Shown here in pieces: positions 50,571 through 62,820 of a DNA stretch of 64,000 nt (positions are counted from its first letter, which is position 1; every line of letters starts with the position of its first letter). The notes under the pieces were generated by a model. That model made no database searches. It saw only the letters and a list, made by a program, of their open reading frames with translations, and was not told the origin of the DNA. This stretch comes from Squalus acanthias (lineage: Eukaryota), in contig CM059432.1 of assembly GCA_030390025.1 (NCBI GenBank), positions 113,090,001 through 113,154,000 of the forward strand, given 5' to 3'. Position numbers and translations under genes: made by a program.

Positions 50571-51422
50571 ATCCACAGCCTCTCTCAGTGAGATTGGCAA
50601 TTTAGAGCTAATCTGTAGCAATGTAGGGGCAGTTTCACACTGTGGACACACTCCTGCTAAATTAAGACTGTTCAAATGCAGTCTCATTCCATCAGATGGA
50701 GGAAGCTGTCATCTTTATGGCCTATGCCGGACTTAAATGAAGAATGTTTAACTCATTACAACACCTCTTCAACAAAACAGTTTGAGTGATGATTTACCAT
50801 TAATTTTACATATCAGTTTAGTGCAAAACATAGGGGTAGAATTAATGAAAACAGAAAATGCTGGAAATACTCAGTCGGTCAGAGAGTGGAGAGAGAAACA
50901 GAGTTAAAGGGCTGGATTTTGCCAGGCCCGAGGAGGCGGGTTTGAAGGCGGGTCAGGTGGGAAAGTTGCCAAAAATGGTGTCGGGCTCCAATCCCGCCTC
51001 CAGCCCGCCTCTGAGCAACTTTCCCAAAAGCGGGCTTTCAGACCCCGTTTCCATCCTGCCTCCAAGAGGCGGGATAGGCCCTTAAGGCCCTTAACAACCC
51101 CATAAGTGCCTCTATAATGCCATTTTGAGAGGCCTTTCTGAGTTTAACACATTTCCCCTATCCTGCACGTCTCCCCTGGAACACGCCAGCTAATCCTGGC
51201 GGGCTCACAAGTGGAGGGCTTACTAACAGCTGCAGCTCCAGCATAAAAAAGGAGTTTTCAACAATGATTATTTGCAGGTGGCAGAACTTTGGTTTCTCAG
51301 GTCTGGGAGAACTTTTAGCAGGCCTACTCATTGTGGAAGTTTTGAAGCTGCGATCCATCTCCAGTGTGACCTCTTGGGAAACCCCTCTCCCCACCTTGAC
51401 TGAGCGCTTCCTCAACTGCAGC

Positions 51423-52679
51423 ATGGGAACCATTTATTTCCTTTCCTCCTGGACCTCAGATTCGGATGAAGACCAGTCGCGGCAGCAGCAGAACCCGGAA
51501 CAACAGCAGCACCAACAGCAGCACCAACAACAGGAGCGCCAACCTGCTGCTCACCCACTTGAAGCTGTACAGGCCAGAAGGCGCCAGCGCAGGGAAGGAC
51601 GTCGCCGCAGGAGATACCCCCAACACAGGGTTTACAGGCAGAGGATGAGCTACCTCAACATGACTGAGCAGCAGTGCCAAAGGAGGCTCAGACTTTCGCG
51701 AGAGGTAGTGGGTGACATCTGCGCAATGCTGCAGCAAGACCTGGAGCTCAGAGGAGCAGATGGACACCCCTTACCAGTGGCCGTCAAAGTCACCACCGCA
51801 CTCAACTTTTTTGCTTCAGGCTCATTCCAGGGATCAACAGCAGACATCAGCGGCATCTCCCAGGCGGCCGCACACACTTGCATCACACAGGTAACCGATG
51901 CCCTCTTTGCCAACGCGCACAATTACATCAACTTCTCCAAGGATCAAGCAAGTGTAACTGCGCGTGCGGTTGGATTTGCTAATCTGGCAGGCTTTCCAAG
52001 GGTGCAGGGCGTCATACACTGCACACATGTGGCCCTTACGGCACCCCATCACAACCCAGGTATTTTTGTCAACCGCAAGGGCTTCCACTCCCTCAATGTG
52101 CAGCTGGTGTGTAACCACAATAAGGAAGTTTTGCATGTTTGCACAAAGTACCCTGGCAGTTGCCATGACACCTTCATTCTGCGACAGTCTAGTGTGCCTC
52201 TGCTCTTCAGTCCGCCAGACCAACTTTGCAGATGGCTACTTGGAGACAAGGGCTATCCCCTGAAGACGAAGGTAATGACGCCGTTGAAGAGGCCATCCAA
52301 CGAAGCTGAGGAGCGCTACAACTCCAGCCACATTTCCACCAGATCCATTATCGAGCAAACCATCGGCTTGCTGAAGATGCGATTCAGAGGCCTTGATAGA
52401 TCAGGTGGAGCCCTGCAGTACTCAGCAGCCAGGGTCTCCAGAATCGTCTTGGTCTGCTGTGCACTTCACAACATGGTACAGCATCGTGGCTTGCAGCTGC
52501 CTGAGGTACAAGTGGCTCATCGCATAGCCTCCTCAGATGAGGATGAGGATGAGGAGGAGGAGGAGGAGGAGAGCGAGAATGAGGAGTTTGCGGAGGCGCA
52601 TCAACCAGCGGCAGCAGCACACGAGAACATTGCTGCCTGGGATGCAAGGGATGCACTGATCTTGGCCAGATTTGCTTAG
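51423..52679 (+). CDS. Harbinger transposase, open 418-aa frame with first catalytic Asp replaced by His
   Basis: Uninterrupted ORF from ATG 51423. GVIHCTH (copy A: GVVDCTH), LLGDKGY, IIEQTIG. Confidence 0.85.
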   Translation: MGTIYFLSSWTSDSDEDQSRQQQNPEQQQHQQQHQQQERQPAAHPLEAVQARRRQRREGRRRRRYPQHRVYRQRMSYLNMTEQQCQRRLRLSREVVGDICAMLQQDLELRGADGHPLPVAVKVTTALNFFASGSFQGSTADISGISQAAAHTCITQVTDALFANAHNYINFSKDQASVTARAVGFANLAGFPRVQGVIHCTHVALTAPHHNPGIFVNRKGFHSLNVQLVCNHNKEVLHVCTKYPGSCHDTFILRQSSVPLLFSPPDQLCRWLLGDKGYPLKTKVMTPLKRPSNEAEERYNSSHISTRSIIEQTIGLLKMRFRGLDRSGGALQYSAARVSRIVLVCCALHNMVQHRGLQLPEVQVAHRIASSDEDEDEEEEEEESENEEFAEAHQPAAAAHENIAAWDARDALILARFA

Positions 52680-52929
52680 GTTGCCCAATCAAACACATTT
52701 GGTTCGCACCTTCTTACCACACCATCGACAATGGACAAGACCCTGTGGCTTCCTATCACTCTTACCACCATACTGACAATTCCAAGTCGCCTGAGCCCTC
52801 AATGTGGAAGTCCCATTTGCGAAATGACACAGCCCACAACGTCAACAGTTTGCCATCAAGTCATTTTATCACATAAATTCACGGATGGCATTTCAAAATT
52901 AAACAAAACAGTGACTACCCTTGTGACTA

Positions 52930-54930
52930 CTTGTGCTTTATCTTCCTCTTACGCGTGCTCCTACATGGTGCTTCCCCTGTGGCTTCAGCAGATGTGGAGA
53001 CCCCTTGCTCACTTTCATGCTGCTCCTGCCTCGACACCTTTGACGGGCGTCCTCTGAGGTTGTGAGCCTGTGAGGGCTCGCCAACAGTCTGCTGCTCCTA
53101 CGGCTGTGCAGGGGCTGAGACGCCGATCTCAGTTGGGTGAGGACTCTGGTGGGGCTCTGACCGAGGGCTCTGCAGTGGCATGGGAGTGTGAGTGCTTGGA
53201 GAGGAGCCCCCACTTCCTTGTTGTCTGCCACCAACATCCCTCTCATGGGTCAGCCCCACTTCAGAGCTAGGAAGTAGCTTGAGAGCACCTTGCTGCACTT
53301 CAGGGGGGCCATGAGGACCCATTTCTGCACTGGCAGTCCTACTCCAAGGACTTCCATGAAGGTCTGGTTTCTCTGCTCAATAGCTGACCATCGCTCCTCA
53401 GGAGATGCCAGTCTATTCTGAACAATGACCATGTTTTCAAGACCCTGGCGACTTAGCTCCTCCATGGCCATAGCCATCCTCTCTTCTACCGTAGCCATCC
53501 TCTCCTCTACGGTAGCCAGCCTTACCACGGAGGTAGCCATCCTTTCCACGGAAGTTGCCATCCTTTCCATGGTGATGCGTTCATGCGCCAATGCCTCCAC
53601 AAAGGCTCTGCTCATGTTAGCGATGGACTCCTCCATCTGCTCCACACTCGCAGCGACCCTGGAGACAAAACCTGCCAGAGACTTCTGCACCTGTTCCTGG
53701 AGTTCCAGCACCGCTCTCCTTCTGGATGGACCCGGAGGCACAAGGTCGACATGCAGCTGAGCTGAGCTGGGAGAGTCCTGCGCCCTCTGATGAGGACTCT
53801 CCACTGCTGTCCCTGTCTCCACCATCTGCTGATGCTCACTTGTGAGCTGTGATACACCAGGTGCCAACACTACTCAATCTCGCGAAGGTCCCACCGAGGT
53901 GTGAGTCTCTGCGCTGGTGCTGGGTGCGCTGAATTCTGCTGACGCTGCGCCTTCAGAGGTTGCAGCTTCCTCTGAGGACTCTGGTGGCTCAGGCTGTTCC
54001 TCCTGGACAGTGGGGAGGGGGGCTTTCGATGGTCCTGTGGGGGAGTAAAGGAAAGAGTTAGACATGTGAGATAAATGTTGCATGCACATTGAATTGTGCA
54101 GATGATCATAAGTTAATCTGCTAAGAGCATTAGAATCAAGATCAGTCTCTCATGCAATGTCAATGAGAGATGAAAAACTATTCTGTCACCAGCTTGCTCT
54201 GATGCGCCCGTCTGTCCGTCCCCCACTTGTGCATCCTCCTCGAGTCCCATGATCTCCAGGGCCGCCTCCTGTGCACTGGTGAGCTGGGCTATTGAGGGTG
54301 GCCCTCCTCCTGTCTTCGCCCTTTCCCTCTTATTGTGGGCTCTCTTTTCCTGCAATGAGGGACACAAGTGGAGTTTGAGTGAGAATGAAGGAGTGAGTGT
54401 AGAGAATCCATAGCATAGATGCTTAGAAGGACACAAAGATGGAGTGAGCTCCCAAGACCAAGGGCCCTCCCTGTGTGTTGTAAGTTGTTGTCATAGCATA
54501 ACAGTGATGGGGAGTGTGAGGGTTGCATAGTCGAATAGTTAAGTGACTGTGTACATAGACAGAGGGAAAGGTTAAGGGAGCAGGGATGTAAGGGTCAAGT
54601 GGAATGTGGAGGAGGAGGTTGACAATGCAGAGTGCTGGTGATGAGAGGCGATGGGGAGCTGATTGAGGGTCATGGTGATGTAATACTCACTTTACCTGTG
54701 CGGAGAAGGTCATGAAACCTCTTTCTACACTGCAGCCAGGTTCTGCTGCACATTGATATGGCACTGACCTCCTGTGACACTTGCAGCCACACAGCTTTGG
54801 TCTGCTGGGGAGCTTTCTTCCTCCCAGAAGACGGAAACAGCACTTCCTTATTCGCTCTTGCTCCCTCCACCAGAACTTGGAGAGAGGCCTCATCAAAGCG
54901 GGGTGCGCACTTTGGCCTTGAGCTTGCCAT
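52930..54930 (-). pseudogene. Harbinger Myb/SANT gene copy B (exons 54930-54691, 54349-54190, 54034-~52930)
   Basis: Same splice sites as copy A. Nonsense codon at 53874-76 and a frameshift near 53345. Confidence 0.8.
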
Positions 54931-55309
54931 GGTTGCACCAAAATCCTTCAGAAGTCTCAGTTACAAATTAGTAAAGCAGAAAATGAACCAAGGCTGCTTG
55001 CAGGCCTTAAATGCAGCTGCATAGATGATGTCATCAGAGGCGAGTTTCAGGACCAAAAGAATCATTGGGCCAGGGGTTCCCACACGCTGGAAATCAAGTG
55101 CCCAATTAGGGCAAAATTGCTCTATTGTCCCGCCTCACATCGGAGGCGGGGGTGGGACCCACCAACCACCTGACCCGCCCCCAGCCCAGTGACAAAATCC
55201 AGCCCAACGTCTCAGGTTGTTGACTTGAAACATTTTAATATTCCAGCATTCTGTTTTTATTTCAAATTTCCAGCATCTGCAGTATTTTGCCTTTGTTCTT
55301 AAGGTAAAT

Positions 55310-58300
55310 GGGGGAATTTTAACCCCCAAGAACTGGTGGGGGTAAAAATTATTCATTTTTAGAGTGGAAGAACAACCCGGCTCCAACGCGCCCACAGAGG
55401 TGTGTTTGGATGCCGGCGAGAAACCTCAATCGGGTGGGCACTTATTAGTGAAATTAACGTCCTTAGGAGACATGAATAAGGTATTTTTAAATTGTTCTTA
55501 ACTCGGTTCCGAATTTTACTTGAGCAGGACATGTTTCCCAGGCCTTGGGAAACTGACAGGGGAAATAGGCAAGTTTGAGCAGCAGTTCAGGTGGTTATTT
55601 AAACGTGTCATTGTCCCATCTGAATAAAACCTCACTCATTGCAGCTGCTGTCTCAGTTCCCGCAAATGTCTGTCAGAGAGCACTTGTGTGGATATAGCTT
55701 TTTTCAACCTTGGAGGATTTCAAATTGACAAGATCAGGGTGGGAGGCGCGTTGGATGTGCGTGACAGCACATCAGAAGAGTAAGACCATCACCTTCCACG
55801 GCAGCGACGACGTGCTGTGGTGGGATCAGCACATGCACAGGAGGGAGGTCCACAGGAGAGAGGTCCACAGGAGAGAGGTCCACAGCAGAGAGGTCCACAG
55901 GAGAGAGGTCCACAGGAGGGAGGTCCACAGGAGAGAGGTCCACAGGAGGGAGGTCCACAGGAGAGAGGTCCACAGGAGGGAGGTCCACAGGAGGGAGGTC
56001 CACAAGAGAGAGGTCCACAAGAGAGAGGTCCACAGGAGAGAGGTCCACAAGAGAGAGGTCCACAGGAGAGAGGTCCACAGGAGAGAGGTCCACAGGAGGG
56101 AGGTCCACAGGAGGGAGGTCCACAGGAGGGAGGTCCACAGGAGAGAGGTCCACAGGAGAGAGGTCCACAGGAGAGAGGTCCACAGGAGAGAGGTCCACAG
56201 GAGGGAGGTCCACAGGAGGGAGGTCCACAAGAGAGAGGTCCACAAGAGAGAGGTCCACAGGAGGGAGGTCCACAGGAGAGAGGTCCACAGGAGGGAGGTC
56301 CACAAGAGAGAGGTCCACAAAAGAGAGGTCCACAGGAGCGAGGTCCACAGGAGAGAGGTCCACAGGAGGGAGGTCCACAGGAGAGAGGTCCACAGGAGAG
56401 AGGTCCACAGGAGAGAGGTCCACAGGAGAGAGGTCCACAGGAGGGAGGTCCACAGGAGGGAGGTCCACAGGAGGGAGGTCCACAGGAGGGATGTGCACAG
56501 GAGAGAGGTCCATAGGAGGGAGGTCCACAGGAGAGAGGTCCACAGGAGGGAGGTCCACAGGAGAGAGGTCCACAGGAGAGAGGTCCACAGGAGGGAGGTC
56601 CACAGGAGAGAGGTCCACAGGAGAGAGGTCCACAGGAGGGAGGTCCACAGGAGAGAGGTCCACAGGAGAGAGGTCCACAGGAGGGAGGTCCACAGGAGAG
56701 AGGTCCACAGGAGAGAGGTCCACAGGAGAGAGGTCCACAGGAGGGATGTCCACAGGAGAGAGGTCCACAGGAGCGAGGTCCACAGGAGGGAGGTCCACAG
56801 GAGAGAGGTCCACAGCAGAGAGGTCCACAGGAGAGAGGTCCACAGGAGAGAGGTCCACAGGAGGGAGGTCCACAGGAGGGAGGTTTGCAGGTGGAGGAGG
56901 ACAAAGGGGCTCATCATTCATCTTCAGATGAGAAGAACGTAGAGGAGGAGGAGTAGGAGGATAAAGATGGGGCGTCCATCACCAGACCAGCTGCTTACAT
57001 TGCTGCCAGGGATGCCCTAATATCACAAAGGTTCACCTAGTGTGAAACATAACAAATGAAACCCCGTGGTCCGCTCCCACCACCAGCACCAACCCCTCCC
57101 CCCACACCTTTGCATTAAACAGTCCTTCAACCACTCATCCACCCATTGCATATCCGCCCAATGGGTCCCGGCATGTAGTGACGTTCATCATGAAACAAGT
57201 GAAAGGGCGAGTTGGCCCTTGGGATGCAATAATGGGCAAGATGTAGAAGTGGTGCAAATCATTAAATTTTATGTGGCGTTTTAAAAAAAAGGAAACTTAA
57301 AGACATAACATTTTGTCAACCACCCATGTGCATACTGTTGGTGAATCTTTAACTTACGCTTCCTACCGCTTCTACGTGGTGCATCCCCTGTGGCTTCAGC
57401 AGAGGTAGAGGAAGGCTGATCAGATCCCTGCTCTGACTGCTGAGATGCTTTTTGGTTCTGGAGCCCCTGAGGGCCCTGCCAAAGACTGCTCCATCTGCAC
57501 CTGTGCAGGGGCAGACTCGGCCAGCGGGAGAGGAGGCAGCAGGTCAGATACTGGCTGCGGGTTGGGAGGGGGGCAACGGGTGAGAAGTGGGAGCGCTGGG
57601 ATGGAGTTCCCACTTCACCGTCATCTTTCGCCATCATCCCTGGATCCCTCTCCTGGGCCAGCGCAACATCACTCCTACCACTCTGCCGCAGTCTAGATTG
57701 GTGGAGATAAGTGGTGCATAGTAAGGCCACGGATAAGGTACCTGTCATCCTGTTTAAGGAGTCAGACATGTTGGCATCCAAAGTCTGCATGGCCGTGGTC
57801 ATGGCCTGCATGGACTTATTTGAGAGCCATGCTTGAAGCTCCATGGAGGTGACCACTCTCTCCATGGCAGACACTCTCGCAATTCCCTGCGCCACCAATC
57901 GTCTAACGAGTGAGTTGGACTCCTCCATCCTCTCTGCTATCGTATGTGGCATATCTGTCAGTACCTGACTAAGTTGCTGATGCACCTCTAGCACTCTCCT
58001 TCTCAATGATAGCCCCCGGGGTTCAGCATCTGTGTCCAGCTGAGTAGAGCTTGGAGAGGATTGAGCCCCTCAAAGTGGACTCTCCACAGCTGTCCTTGAC
58101 ACCAGTGTCTGCTCGTGCTCACTTGTGAGGTGTGAATCACCAGGTGAAAATCCAACTAACTGTCTAAGTGAACCCACCGAAGTGTGAGTGTCTGTGCTGG
58201 TGCATGGCTGTACGTCCTGTGATGATGCACCCCCAGTAGGAATGAGCTCCTCTGAGGAATCGTCACCAAGCATGTCCTGCAACTCTTGCTGTATGTGTGA

Positions 58301-59076
58301 AGGCCCTGGAAAACAAAAGAAAGGGATATGCTTTATCGTGGTAAAGTCACAATCTTGACAATCATCATACCCAGTCTTCTAATAGTTCAGTCATTGATGA
58401 AATGAAATCAGCATATGTGTGTCAGAGATATTTGTAATTCTGTCACCAGATATCTGTGAGTTCCCTGTCTCTCCATCACTGACTGAGAGGGATGCAGATG
58501 TGCCACTTATCTCCAGGGCCTCCTCCTCTGTTAGCTGGACTATTTGTGGCGGGCCATCTCCAGTCCTCTCCCTCTTCCTTGCGTTTTGCGCTCTCTAATC
58601 CTACAATCGGCAAAAGAATAGACCTGTGAGTGAGTGAAGGTGAGGTATTCACCCGATGATGCAGTGCATTCGGTGAGGGTGACTATGAGACAGATGCTTC
58701 ACATTGCGTAAGGATTGGAGTGAGTGGCAACGGTGGATGGATGCATGGAGGGCGGGGATTGATGAAATGCATAGAAAGTGAAGGCATATGCTGCTTAAAT
58801 TTGAGTGGGTGTGAGGAGTGATGTGATGGAGAACACTTAACAAGACAGAGTGAAAGGGGGCGGGTGTTAAACCACAGGATGGAGGTGAATCAGCAAATGT
58901 ACTCACTGCTTCCTGACCTGGTTAGGTCATTAAACTGCTTCTTAGACTGCGTCCATGACCAGGGCACTACGCACCTGCTGCTCAGCCACCTCCAACCACG
59001 CCTCCTTGGTGGGAGCCGTAGGCTTCTTCCTCCCATTGCTGGGTAAAGTATGTCTCTCCTCCTCCTGACTGCCCCC
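55310..59076 (+). mobile_element. Degenerate Harbinger element: nuclease core deleted, right end lost
   Basis: GGGGAATTTTAA TIR-like start; nuclease C-terminus GLQVEED...SSDE...YIAARDAL after the minisatellite; Myb remnants on the minus strand (RRSGRKRK, QSKKQFNDL). Confidence 0.7.
55836..56885 (+). repeat. 15-bp minisatellite (GAGGTCCACAGGAGA/G), ~70 units
   Basis: Directly visible tandem array of ~1050 bp. Confidence 0.97.
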
Positions 59077-59330
59077 ATAGAATCATAGAATCATCGAAAG
59101 TTACAGCACGGAAGGAGGCCAATTCAGCCCATTGTGTCCGCGCCGGCCAACAAAGAGCTATCCAGCCTAATCCCACTTCCCAGCTCTTGGTCCGTAGCCC
59201 TGCAGGTTACAGCATCCCAAGTGCACATCCAAGTACTTTTTAAATGTGGTTAGGGTTCCTGCCTCTACCACCCTTTCAGGCAGTGAGTTCCAGACCCCCA
59301 CAACCCTCTGGGTGAAGAAATTTCCCCTCA
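59077..59330 (-). mobile_element. CR1 3' fragment
   Basis: Reverse complement closely matches 25690-25927; (CATAGAAT)n tail. Confidence 0.8.
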
Positions 59331-59952
59331 AAAAAAGTGGTAACCTTTTATAAATTCAGCTGAAAATTAGTTTATCACCAAAAATAAGTGTGTCCAGTCC
59401 TCCAACTGTGAGTAACCTGATTTAAAATCACTGAACATGAATTAAAAAATAATACTGAACCATTTAGTCATTTAATTGATGTACACTAGTCCGTTTCTTA
59501 GTAAATTAAATACTTTTTGATATGAGAAAACTTTTAAAACATGCCTGAACTCCTAAGAAAATGAGTGCAATTTGCCGAGCCTTCCCGAACCAGCGCAACC
59601 GGCGGAATCTCGCAATCTTGACCCGGGGACGCGGCCAGCTTTGTGGGCGGGGCCTGAACCAGCGAATTAAATCTCAAACCAACATAAATGATCGCGGAAA
59701 ACACGAACGTAAGTGGTTTTGGGCGCAACTCACTTACGTTTAAAACTCCGTTGTCTTTTGCGCTGGTTCGGCCGATTCCACCCGGATTGTACGGATATTA
59801 CTGTCGGAAACAAGCGGAAACTGTATCCTATCATGCTCATGCGGGGGCAGCCTAAGCTCCACCACTGTTTATTTTATACTCTGGCAAGACACAGTTACCA
59901 TAGGTAGAAAGAAAGGATTTGAGTAAGGGTGATTGGGAAGTGGAAACACTAT

Positions 59953-60670
59953 GTGGGAAAAATTTGGTTGGTTAGCACCTCCTGTTAGTGCCTCCGGAGC
60001 GCTAAACTCTACCACCATGATCTCCTGTGCCCACAGATTGTGACGTCAGTCGAGTGTGCAACGTCCCAGTAGCGCCCTGGACCGGATATTGAGTCACGCC
60101 CCCTGCCTTAGCACCTGCCGCTAGGAACAACAGGTAGAGGGGAACATTTTCGAGTCAGGAAGGGGCTGGGGGAGCGCTATTTAAAGGCGGGCGCTTCTGC
60201 CTTTTCTTGTCGGCAAAATTTTTGGTACACGCAGGTTGAGAGGGAGAGATGTCTGGAGAGATTTAACGCTGTCCTAAGGAGTTTTGGCCCTCAGCACCAC
60301 TTTTGAGGTTCCTGAGCGCCGAGCTCTTTCCCTGGGCCTATCCATTAGTGGTTCCAACACAATTGCTTTAGAGGTCTCTCGAGGCCGAGATTCAAGGCTG
60401 CAATGAGCAGGGTGTGGCTGGTCAGCAAGATGGCCCCTCCTCTTTAAGAACTGGATGGTGCCAGTCTGTCTGGCTTCCATGGTAATGGACAATCGCCTGA
60501 GCTTCGGTAGCGTTCTGAGGTAACGCCTCGCTCCACGACGCTTGCGCCCTAAGAGAGGTGTGTAGCGCTTGATTTAGCGCTCAAATCACCTCCAGGGGCG
60601 ATAGAGGCGAATTTTGCAGTCGGAGGTGATAATTAGCGCCCCAAAATGGGCGATACCCAATTTTTCCCCC
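59953..60670. mobile_element. GC-rich MITE, inverted relative of 1843-2735
   Basis: Ends align to the reverse complement of 1843-2735; TSD TAT (59950-52, 60671-73). Confidence 0.7.
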
Positions 60671-60673
60671 TAT

Positions 60674-62105
60674 GAGTTAAGGAACAGCAAACAATGCAAG
60701 CCTCTGGTCGGAGTTGTCCACAGACCTGACAGTAGTGTCAGAGTGGAGAGATGTATAAATACGGAGATCTGGGAAGCTTGCAGCAAAAACAATGTGGCTA
60801 CAACAACATTGGGAAATGTAATTTTCACATGGACCAGGAGAAGCAGAACAAGAGTTTCTAGAATGTATACGGGTCAGTTTTCTGGAACAATAGAACCAAC
60901 AAAGGAACAGACCATAATGGATTTAATGATGAGTAACGAACCTGAATTAGTTAGCAACCTGACGGTAAAGGAGCATCTTGCGAATAGTGACCATAATATG
61001 ATTGAATTTGATGTTAAGTTTGTGAGGGAGAAGGGAGAGTCATAAACCAAGGTGTTTCATTGAAGTAAGGCAAACTTGGAAAGGATGAGAAATGAATTGA
61101 ACACAGTAAAGTGGGCTGAACTGTTAATGGGTAAACCTACAGAAAAGAGTAGGAAGCATTAAAAGAGTAATAAGAGGTGCAAAAGGGGAATTTGAAAAAA
61201 ATTGCAAGGGGTATCAAAGCTAACGGCAAAAGTTTTGAATCAATATACAGGAAGCTCTCGTTTAAACGGCACCTAAATATCCAGAATTATCTATTAACCG
61301 GCAAAATTCATACTCCGAAAACAACACCTCAATAACCGGAAATGTTGCCGAGTCCGAGTCCGAGTCTCCGGCGGTGGCCGAGTTTGTCAGTGGGGGTAGT
61401 TCTCCAAACTGCCACTACTCAGCTTCTTGGCGCTGTCGGAAGTCCAATGACTGTATACTGCACATTTCTTGATTTTTAATTTTTGTTTGTTAAAAATAGC
61501 CTCGGTAGATAACCCTCTCTGTCATCCGGAATTTTTAATCAACCGGCACCACCCCGGTCCCGTCGGTGCCGGATACCAAAGAGTTTCCTGTATTAAGAGA
61601 AAGAGAATGGTAATAAAAAATGTGGGCCCATTAAAGACGGATGCAGGCGAGACTACAGTGGACAATAAAGAAATGGCAGACTTGTAAAAGGAATATTTGG
61701 TATCTGTTTTCACAGTGGAGGAAGAGGATAAAATATCAGCGGTACAAGGGATCCAAAAAATCAGTCAAGGTGTGGAATTGGTGGATTTAATATAAGTATA
61801 AAAAATTGTAATGAAAAAATAATGGAACAAGATAAAATAATCTCCAGGACCTGATAGCTTCCACCAATGGGTATTAAAAGAAATAGGTGAGCAAATTGCA
61901 GATGAGTTCGTCATAATTTTCCAAAGCTCTCTAGATTCAGGAATTGTGTCTTTGGATTGGAAAATTGCAAATGTCACTCCATTATTTAAGAAGTGAGAGA
62001 GGAAGAAACCAGATTAACATCAGTTGCGGGGGTGTTACTGGAATCTATCATCAGAGACAGTGACTGAGCATTTGGACAAGTATCAGCTGATCAAAGAGAA
62101 TCAGT
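60674..62105 (+). mobile_element. Degraded CR1 ORF2 fragment
   Basis: VGVVHRP, EHLANSDHNMIEF, PGPD, DWKIANVTPLFK. Confidence 0.75.
61248..61590 (+). mobile_element. Tigger internal-deletion derivative (MITE) of 5347-7778
   Basis: Same TIRs and TA TSD; left ~200 bp and right ~140 bp match the full element. Confidence 0.9.
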
Positions 62106-62820
62106 ACTTCCCTGTGGACAGAGCGAAGCAGGACAAGAGAGCACTAGACTTTTTTATCTCCAGGAGCTGCACTGGGTTATATTAACAGCCGGGTCCCATT
62201 AACATCCTACCAGCCAGCTGCCAGCCGAAATGGGCATCCAGAGGCAGCTTGCCGGCTTTGGGCCTGTGAAGACCATAGGACCCCGACTTCATGAGGCAAC
62301 TGCTGGAGTCAGTCGGACGCCTCGATCGTCCAAGAAAACAGCAACATTAGTATGGCTGTGGGCGGGGGCGGGGTTTGTGTGAAATGGCAGTAAGAGCACC
62401 GCATTGACTCTGACTCCTGTTCTGACTGGTTTCCGGTGGGTGGAGGGAATTAAAATTTCCCCTAATGTTTCAGTTCACTCCACATCTAAGGCAGTTAACA
62501 GTGAAGTGTGAGTTTGAGATTGTGGTTTATGAACTTCAAATGTAAATCATTGAGGATTGCGTTCGAAAGAAGTTTTACTGACACACAAGAGGAAGAAAGT
62601 AATCGGAATGCGGTGTTGGAGCTCGTGTGACCAGCTGAGATTGCGGAATGAAGACTGAACGAGATGGAAAATGAGCCAAAGTTGACTGTTAGGTCATTAA
62701 TTATTAAGCAATGGAAAGCAAAAGAAAAGGAGATAAAATCAAGGCCGGGAGTGTTGCTGCTGCTGTAATACATATCCAGACGAGGGTGAGTGTCCTGCAA
62801 AATGAAAATTATGTTGATCA

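Larger units (their letters stand above)
50909..55205 (+). mobile_element. Full-length PIF/Harbinger transposon (copy B)
   Basis: TIR GGGCTGGATTTTG / CAAAATCCAGCCC, TSD AAA/AAC (one mismatch), colinear with copy A. Confidence 0.93.
50845..55295. mobile_element. Penelope hairpin remnant (family 1) split by Harbinger copy B
   Basis: 50845-50908 and 55206-55295 match the Penelope terminal repeat arms. Confidence 0.7.

Noticed and set aside
51264..52679. Host HARBI1 gene
   Set aside because: Flanked by TIRs, paired with a Myb gene and multi-copy within the window: a transposon ORF, not the single-copy host gene.
55710..56942. Long ORFs on both strands (REVHR, CGPLS, collagen-like GPQE repeats)
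   Set aside because: Artefacts of a stop-free 15-bp minisatellite inside a dead transposon.
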